NCBI GenBank assembly: GCA_040905465.1
Contig: JBBDRK010000043.1
Location: forward strand, 32,001-96,000
From: Trueperaceae bacterium
Lineage (GTDB): Bacteria; Deinococcota; Deinococci; Deinococcales; Trueperaceae
Direction of reading: 5' to 3'
DNA: 64,000 nucleotides
The notes beneath the pieces were generated by a model. The model had not been told where the DNA came from. It did not search any database and was given only the letters and a program-made list of their open reading frames with translations. Made by a program: the position numbers and the translations under genes. Shown here piece by piece: positions 57,988 through 64,000 of the stretch (position 1 is its first letter; every line of letters starts with the position of its first letter).

Positions 57988-59571
57988 ATGGTTCGCGTGG
58001 ACCCTGCGGCTTCCGAACCGACGGTAGAAGTGGCCGGTAGCGCGCCCAGGCGCTCGAGCGCACGCGGGGCGCTCACCCTGATGGTCGGCACGCTCGCCAG
58101 CCGGGTCACCGGCCTGCTGCGTAGTTCGATCCTCACCCAGTTCTTTCCCGCGGGCGTCTCCGACGCCTTCCTTACCGCTTTCAAGGTTCCCAACCTGTTT
58201 CGTGAGTTGTTGGCCGAGGGCGCCCTGACCAACTCGTTCGTGCCCGTTTATCGCCGGGTCGCAGGCGACGAGCGGCGGCGGCTGACCGGCGCGCTGCTCG
58301 GCCTGCTGGCGCTCGTCAACGGCCTGCTGATGCTGATCGCCTACCTGGCGGCGCCGCTGCTGGCGCGGCTGCTGATCGATGTCGATGCCGGAAACGTCGA
58401 CGTGGAGCTGACGACCAGGCTGATCCGGATCGTGTTCCCGTTCCTTCCGGCGATCTCGTTCTCGGCGCTGGCCATGGGGATACTAAACGCAGAAGAAAGG
58501 TTCCTGGCCCCGGCGTGGGCGCCGGTGATGCTCAACGTTGTGACGGTGACGCTGATGGCGCTCTTCCCCGGCCAGGCAGTCATCCTCACGCTGGCGCATG
58601 TGCTCGGCGGTACCGCCCAGCTCCTGGTGCAACTGCCGGCACTGGCTCGCAACGGCCTGCTGCCCAGCGCGCGATCGCTGTGGCATCCGGCGCTCGGCGG
58701 GGTGCTGCTGCTGATGGCGCCGTTCGCGTTCACGACCAGCGGCCGGCAGCTTCTCAACGTGCTCGCGTCGAACCTCGTCACGGGGCTCTTCGAAGGAGCC
58801 CAGAACGCATTCACCAACGCCGACCTGTTCCTGAGCCTGATGCTCGGGCTCTTCTCGATCTCGCCGGCCCTGGCTTACTACTCGCGGCTCTCGGCCCACG
58901 CGGTCGACCAGCCCGAGTCGTTCGGACCGACCCTGACGGAGGGCCTTCGGCTCATCGCCTTCCTGACCGTTCCGGCCGGGCTGGCGCTGGCGGTGCTGGC
59001 CGAGCCGGCCGTGCAGGTGGCGTTCAACTGGCGGACGTTGTTCGGACCTCCGCTCGACGACGCGCGGCTCCTGGGGTCGATCGCCGCTACCGCCCCTCTC
59101 GGCCTGGCGGTGTTCCCGATCGGCATGTTCAACCTGCTCGTCCGCACATTCTATGTCCGGCGCCAGGTAGTCACACCCGTCCTCGTGGTGTTGGGAACGC
59201 TGGTCGTACAGGGCACGCTCTACCTGTTGCTGGTGGAGCCGTACGGCATCGCCGGACTCTCCTGGGGAGCGGTGGCGGCAGCGTGGGCGCAGTTGCTGGT
59301 CACGCTGACGTTGGTTGCGCGTCGGGAAGGCCTGGCGCTCCCCGAACTGCTGCGCGGACTCGCGCTGGTGTGGCTGGCGGCGCTGGCCGCGGCCGCCGGA
59401 ACCGTGGGCATGCTGCTGCTGCTGGGCGTCTCCGGCGGCTGGTCGGCGGAGCTTCTGGAGTTCACGGTGGGCGCGATCGCGTTCGGCGCCATCTACGCCG
59501 TGGCCGGTTGGCTCCTGGGCGTCAGCGAGCTGCGCACTCTGGTGGCGCGGCTGACGTCGCGGGGAAGGTAG
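57988..59571 (+). CDS. murJ: Lipid II flippase MurJ (MviN)
   Basis: SRVTGLLR, DAFLTAFKVPNLFRELLAEGAL..SFVPV. Confidence 0.9.
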   Translation: MVRVDPAASEPTVEVAGSAPRRSSARGALTLMVGTLASRVTGLLRSSILTQFFPAGVSDAFLTAFKVPNLFRELLAEGALTNSFVPVYRRVAGDERRRLTGALLGLLALVNGLLMLIAYLAAPLLARLLIDVDAGNVDVELTTRLIRIVFPFLPAISFSALAMGILNAEERFLAPAWAPVMLNVVTVTLMALFPGQAVILTLAHVLGGTAQLLVQLPALARNGLLPSARSLWHPALGGVLLLMAPFAFTTSGRQLLNVLASNLVTGLFEGAQNAFTNADLFLSLMLGLFSISPALAYYSRLSAHAVDQPESFGPTLTEGLRLIAFLTVPAGLALAVLAEPAVQVAFNWRTLFGPPLDDARLLGSIAATAPLGLAVFPIGMFNLLVRTFYVRRQVVTPVLVVLGTLVVQGTLYLLLVEPYGIAGLSWGAVAAAWAQLLVTLTLVARREGLALPELLRGLALVWLAALAAAAGTVGMLLLLGVSGGWSAELLEFTVGAIAFGAIYAVAGWLLGVSELRTLVARLTSRGR

Positions 59572-59590
59572 AGGCGGCCAGACGGTTCCG

Positions 59591-60280
59591 TCAGCCGAAC
59601 GAGGGCGTGCCGTGAATCCGCTCGGCCAGTTCATACGACACCGCAACCGCATGCCCCTCCCGCTCGAGCGTCAGGGGACCGGCCAGAGGGGCGATGTCGG
59701 TTATCACGATCTCGCTGCCCGGCACCAGGCCGTGGCCGTCGAGGTACCGCAGAACGTCGGTTCGCTGATCGGTAATCCGCGTGATCCGCAACCGCGCGCC
59801 GAGCTCCCAGGCGACCAGGGGCTGGCCGGAGTCTTCCGGCAGACGGCCGTCGCGAGCGGGTATCGGGTCGCCGTGCGGATCGTGGGTGGGATGGCCGAGC
59901 GCCGTGGCGATCCGGTCCTCGAAGTCTTCGCTGATGTGGTGTTCCAGCTTTTCGGCTTCGTCGTGCACTTCGTGCCACTCGTAGCCGAGCGCTTCCGCCA
60001 GATAGGTTTCCAGCAGGCGATGATGGCGAATGGTCTCCAGCGCCATCTTGCGTCCGGCCGAAGTCAGCGATGCGCCTTGGTACGGCTCGTATTCGATCAG
60101 GTGGAGCTCGAAGAGCTTTCTGAGCATCCCGGTTACCGAGGCCGGGCTCACGCCGAGCGTAGCCGCCAGCGCCTGCGTCTTGACCGCCTGCTCGCCGAGC
60201 TCGAATAGCGCCTTCAGGTAGTCTTCAACGGCGCTGGTCACCACGCGCGTCGGCCGTGCGCCGCCAGGCTGGTCGCTCAT
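59591..60280 (-). CDS. mntR: DtxR/MntR metal-dependent regulator with FeoA domain
   Basis: EDYLK, VSPASVTGM, RHHRLLE, EAEKLEH, DPHGDPIP. Confidence 0.9.
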   Translation of the reverse strand: MSDQPGGARPTRVVTSAVEDYLKALFELGEQAVKTQALAATLGVSPASVTGMLRKLFELHLIEYEPYQGASLTSAGRKMALETIRHHRLLETYLAEALGYEWHEVHDEAEKLEHHISEDFEDRIATALGHPTHDPHGDPIPARDGRLPEDSGQPLVAWELGARLRITRITDQRTDVLRYLDGHGLVPGSEIVITDIAPLAGPLTLEREGHAVAVSYELAERIHGTPSFG

Positions 60281-60566
60281 CGGTGGTGATCCGCTCGTGT
60301 AGTCGCGCCGAGTTCCATGATCTTCGAGTTTAGCCGGGTACGGCTGCCGGCGGGGCGGGTCGCCGTCCGCGGCCGGGGGTTCGCCGGCGGGACGTGGGGG
60401 CGACGGCGGTGAACGTGGGACAGGGCGTGGTCTCGCCTCCCGGCGCGACCTAGCATTGGCTTGCCGGGAACCGCGGCCGAGACGCACGGTCGATACAGGC
60501 GATCGGGACAGGCGGTTGGCCAGCGAAGGTCCCCGACCGCTCGGGGGTCCCGGCGAAGGGGGAACC

Positions 60567-60746
60567 GTGGAAGCCATCGAAACAGCGCTAGCACCAGCTC
60601 TCGTCGCGTTGGCGAGCGTTGCCGGGCTGGCGGCCACCTACCGTGCCTCGCGCACTGGCCGGGATCGCGAGTTACGACGTCGCCGGCAGCCGATCGGCGT
60701 TCGTTCACGCTGTTCGCCGACCCGCCGGCAGCGTTCCGGCGCATAG
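60567..60746 (+). CDS. Possible small protein: N-terminal hydrophobic helix and basic tail
   Basis: AAGGGGG before GTG; MEAIETALAPALVALASVAGLAATYRASR... Confidence 0.35.
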   Translation: MEAIETALAPALVALASVAGLAATYRASRTGRDRELRRRRQPIGVRSRCSPTRRQRSGA

Positions 60747-60831
60747 CCTTGCGGCCGGGACGGCGGCGAAGTAGGAGCGCGACGCAGAATCACACCATCA
60801 CCGGACGCGGCCCGGAAACGGCCCACCGCCG

Positions 60832-63417
60832 CTACAGCTCGCTCTCCAGCAACCGCAGGCGTTCCCGCTGCCGGCGCACCAGGTTCGCCTCGCCGAGTTC
60901 GGCGTAGATTCCGATGAGGTTTCGGTGGGATTCGACGTCGTAGGGGTCGAGACGAAGCAGCGCTTCCAACGACTCGGCGGCTCGGCGCGGTTCGGACGAG
61001 TCTAGCTCCGCGAGGCGGCGCCAGAGCCGCAGCCGCAGGGCTTCGGCGCGGCGGCGCTCCTCGTCGAACCACTCGGGAAACTCCGCCAGGGGCTCTCCCG
61101 CGGCTATCGCCAGGGCCAGACGCACCCCCTCGGCGTCGTGCGCCCAGGCGTTCTCGGGAGCGGATCCCTCCAGCGACCGGGTGGCGGCCTGCTCGAACTC
61201 CGCGAGGTCGAGAGCCACCGGATAGATCAACTCGACGGTGCCCTTGCGGCCCCCCACTACCTGAGCGCTCAGTGTGCGGTTGAGATGATAGAGCGCGGTC
61301 TGCAGGCTGTGGACCGGATTGCTGGTGTCGCTCCAGAACTCCTCGGCCAACGTTTCGCGCGCCAGCGGGCGCCGGGCGAGCGCCAGGCGCAGGAGAAGCG
61401 CCGCACTCTTGCGGGTCGGAAACTCGGCCAACGTGAGGGCGTGGCCCAGGAAACGCACAGTGAATCCGCCGAAGGTCGACATGCGAAGCGGAAACAGTTC
61501 GACCGTGGCCGGGTCGTTCTGGGCAAGAGCCGCGAGCGCCGGCGCATGCTGCGGTGAATCGAGCAGGATGCGGTAGCCATGAGCACGAATCAGAGCCAAC
61601 GATTCCTCCAGGTCGCCGGACGCCCCCCTGTGCAGGAGCGCCGTGGCGAGTTCGAAACGTGCCTCCTGGGTACGCGCCAGGGCGATGGCGTCGTCGAGCG
61701 ACGGGCCGCGGTCGCCCGCTCGGCACAAAGCCTCCTCCACCATCGCCGCCACGCCCACCGGCCCGGCCGACCTGGCATGCTCGAGCGCTTCCTCCCGCTC
61801 GCCCTGCAGTCGCAACGCCCTTGCCAGCAGCAGCCTGGCCTCGGCGTGCAGATGCGCTTCGAGGCCCTCCTGGCGGAGCAACTCGCGAAGCTGGCGCCCG
61901 GCCGCCTCCGTCTGGCCCTGGCTAAGTCGCCAGAAGGCCAGGTTCACCTGGACGTAGCCGCTGGCGCGAGCGTCGTGGAGGGCTTCGCCGGCGGCCAGTT
62001 CCAGCTGGTTCTTCGCTTCGTCGGCGTTTCCGGTGAGCAGCAGCACCTCGGCGAGGTTGACGCGAAGCAGCGCGGTCGGCTGTCCCAAGGTCGCGAGCAG
62101 TTCGAGCGCTTCGCCGTAGCCGGTTCTCGCTTCCTGCAGAAGCCCGCGACGATGCCAGGAGAGCGCCAGCAACTGCAAGCTGCGCGCCTCGCGAACGTAG
62201 TCGGCCGCGTCGCGAAAGCTGCCGACGGCCAGGCGGAGGTCGGTTTCCGCCTGGGCGAAGTGGCCCTGCTGGATGAACACGCCGGCACGGTTGTGCCTTG
62301 CTTCGCCCTCGAGCCGCGCCGCGCTGGGCGCCCCCCGCTTTCCGCCCGCACCCTTGGCAGCCGCGCCGAACGCCTTGCGCGCGTCCTCCAGTTTTCCCCG
62401 CAGCGCGTAGGCGATACCCCGGGCGTTGTCGATCCTCGCCCGCAACTCGCCCGCGGCCAGCGTTCGGGCCGACCGGTACTGGGCTTGCGCCCGCTCGAGC
62501 TCGCCCCGCAGGCGCTCGAGCGATCCCACCAGGTAGCGGTACTCGCCGGTTCCGTGCGTCCATGCCGGCAGCACGCGCAGCGACCGCCTCAGCCGCGCTT
62601 CGCCGTCGGAGGCCGTCGGCTCGTACCCCTGCGCCAGCAGTTCGAGGTACGCCTCCCACAGCTCCGCTTCGGCGAGGGCGGTGAGCGCCTCGTCCAGGTG
62701 GCGCCGGTCGGCGAGCGTGCGCGCCACGGCCAGCGTCAGCTCCTTCTCCGCCGGACCCGCCTCGCCGGCGGTGCTCTCCGAGTGAGGCGCAACCGGAAGC
62801 TGCCTCAGATAGCGGCGCAGCAGGCGGGGAAGGGAAAGCCCGTCGCGCTCCGGTCTCAGGTAGCCCTTGTTCAGAAGCTCGTCCACCTCGGCCGGTTCGA
62901 TCGACAGGGGCAGGTAGTGATCGGGAACCAGCAGAGGCGTGATGGCCGCCCGCCCGAGGGTTTCCCGCAAACGACCCTCAGGCAGGAGTCGCTCGAGCGC
63001 GACGGCAGCCAGCGGGTGCCGATGAAGCGGTGTGGGGCAGTCGCCGATCCGCTGGGCCAACTCGAGCCCCAGTGGCCAGCCTCGGCACTCCTCGAAGGTC
63101 TCGTCGGAAAAGTTGGCGGGCAGGCCGTCCATCGCGTCCCGCCAGCCGGCTGCGTCGAACACGGTGTCCGATTCGTCGATAACCAGGAGTTCGGAGAGCG
63201 GCAGGGCCCGCGGGATCCGGGCGAGTTGAGACCGGCGCGCACAGATCAGCAGCGCCGGCCGCTCGGCGAGTGCGCCGGGATCGTGCAGCACCGTTCGCCC
63301 GGTTCCTTCGGCCCAGGCCCTCAGGGCAGCCTGCCCGAAGCCGACGGCAACGGGAGCGACCACCACCCTCGGGGCGTGCCTGAGGGCTTCCCGCAACTGC
63401 GCCGGGAGGAGAAGCAT
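60832..63417 (-). CDS. Large TPR regulator with C-terminal wHTH + BTAD domain
   Basis: ECRGWPLGL, TPR helices, TFGGFTV, RETLAEEFW, LDPYDVE; TAAACT 5 nt before ATG. Confidence 0.8.
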   Translation of the reverse strand: MLLLPAQLREALRHAPRVVVAPVAVGFGQAALRAWAEGTGRTVLHDPGALAERPALLICARRSQLARIPRALPLSELLVIDESDTVFDAAGWRDAMDGLPANFSDETFEECRGWPLGLELAQRIGDCPTPLHRHPLAAVALERLLPEGRLRETLGRAAITPLLVPDHYLPLSIEPAEVDELLNKGYLRPERDGLSLPRLLRRYLRQLPVAPHSESTAGEAGPAEKELTLAVARTLADRRHLDEALTALAEAELWEAYLELLAQGYEPTASDGEARLRRSLRVLPAWTHGTGEYRYLVGSLERLRGELERAQAQYRSARTLAAGELRARIDNARGIAYALRGKLEDARKAFGAAAKGAGGKRGAPSAARLEGEARHNRAGVFIQQGHFAQAETDLRLAVGSFRDAADYVREARSLQLLALSWHRRGLLQEARTGYGEALELLATLGQPTALLRVNLAEVLLLTGNADEAKNQLELAAGEALHDARASGYVQVNLAFWRLSQGQTEAAGRQLRELLRQEGLEAHLHAEARLLLARALRLQGEREEALEHARSAGPVGVAAMVEEALCRAGDRGPSLDDAIALARTQEARFELATALLHRGASGDLEESLALIRAHGYRILLDSPQHAPALAALAQNDPATVELFPLRMSTFGGFTVRFLGHALTLAEFPTRKSAALLLRLALARRPLARETLAEEFWSDTSNPVHSLQTALYHLNRTLSAQVVGGRKGTVELIYPVALDLAEFEQAATRSLEGSAPENAWAHDAEGVRLALAIAAGEPLAEFPEWFDEERRRAEALRLRLWRRLAELDSSEPRRAAESLEALLRLDPYDVESHRNLIGIYAELGEANLVRRQRERLRLLESEL

Positions 63418-63536
63418 GAACCAGTTTAACGGTCGGCTTTTGAGGTTTTTTTGTGCGGACGCTCCTAGAATGAACGCATCTTCCCGTCCGGGGGGTCAGT
63501 GGGGCCACGAAGCAAAGGTCCAGGAGGGGTCTAAGC

Positions 63537-64000
63537 ATGCGTATGTATCTGCGTACCCTGACACTACCTCTGCTCGCAGCCGTCCTGGTTGCGTGCAGCA
63601 GCGTGTCGTCGAAGCCTGATGCGGGCAGTGATTCGTTCGACCTGCAAGGCGCCGGTAAGGTCAGCGACTGCGAGGCTCTCTACGCCAACGCGCCCGGCAG
63701 CACCCAGGTCTCCTCGAACCTGCGTTACGGCGAGGTCGACACGCTGATCCTGTCGTTCCTGGAAAACGGCACCAAGGCCAAGGCGGTCGACTGGATGGGT
63801 ATCGAGCTGGGCCTGGCGGTCGGTGAAGGCGTGGGCGTGTTCGAGAACCTGCCTATGGTCGCCGTCGAGACCTTGGTCACCCATGAGCTGGTCGAGGCGA
63901 TCAGGTCCGAGTTCGAGCCGCAGGGGCTGCTCTCGATCTGGGGCAATGAGCCGCTCAGCTTCTTCCTCGACGAGAGCGTCTCGTTCATCGGCGCCGACGC
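63537..64000 (+). CDS. 5' part of a lipoprotein, probably an S8 (subtilisin-like) peptidase prodomain
   Basis: AGGAGG RBS; lipobox LVA-C; ends SIWGNEPLSFFLDESVSFIGAD, resembling S8 pro/mature junctions; catalytic domain is outside the window. Confidence 0.6.
   Translation, partial: MRMYLRTLTLPLLAAVLVACSSVSSKPDAGSDSFDLQGAGKVSDCEALYANAPGSTQVSSNLRYGEVDTLILSFLENGTKAKAVDWMGIELGLAVGEGVGVFENLPMVAVETLVTHELVEAIRSEFEPQGLLSIWGNEPLSFFLDESVSFIGAD

Noticed and set aside
61579-63429. 616-aa plus-strand ORF
   Set aside because: Antisense to the TPR-BTAD regulator; no recognisable motifs

Overview
High-GC bacterial window, most likely Deinococcota (Truepera-like). This is inferred from gene repertoire and from several genes having a TAnnnT -10 box 5-7 nt before the start codon. 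No rRNA, tRNA, CRISPR array, transposase or integrase was recognised. Layout: (1) 0.1-6.5 kb, sugar catabolism (GH4 alpha-galactosidase, Gfo/Idh/MocA, frameshifted Zn-dehydrogenase, 2-hydroxyacid dehydrogenase, alpha/beta hydrolase). (2) 6.7-12.8 kb, an amine-catabolism cluster (C45 hydrolase, GNAT, flavin amine oxidase, class III aminotransferase, aldehyde dehydrogenase). (3) 14.5-19.3 kb, a Dpp/Opp ABC cluster with a doubly broken substrate-binding gene next to a deletion-damaged D-aminoacylase gene. (4) 19.4-49.4 kb, a ~30 kb catabolic block carrying homologues of all non-PTS genes of the functionally unresolved E. coli sgc operon (SgcX x2, SgcQ, Rpe/SgcE-like x2, DeoR/SgcR-like x2). Here they are paired with Dpp/Opp-type ABC importers and three FGGY kinases instead of a PTS, plus aldolase, dehydrogenases, sulfatase, M20, SGNH and phosphoesterase genes. 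This is the best candidate for an undescribed pathway. (5) 49.5-64 kb, housekeeping and stress genes (rfbB, azlCD, AKR, YciE-like, ferredoxin, murJ, MntR/DtxR, TPR-BTAD regulator, start of an S8-like lipoprotein). All family calls come from motif recognition by eye; no database search was run.
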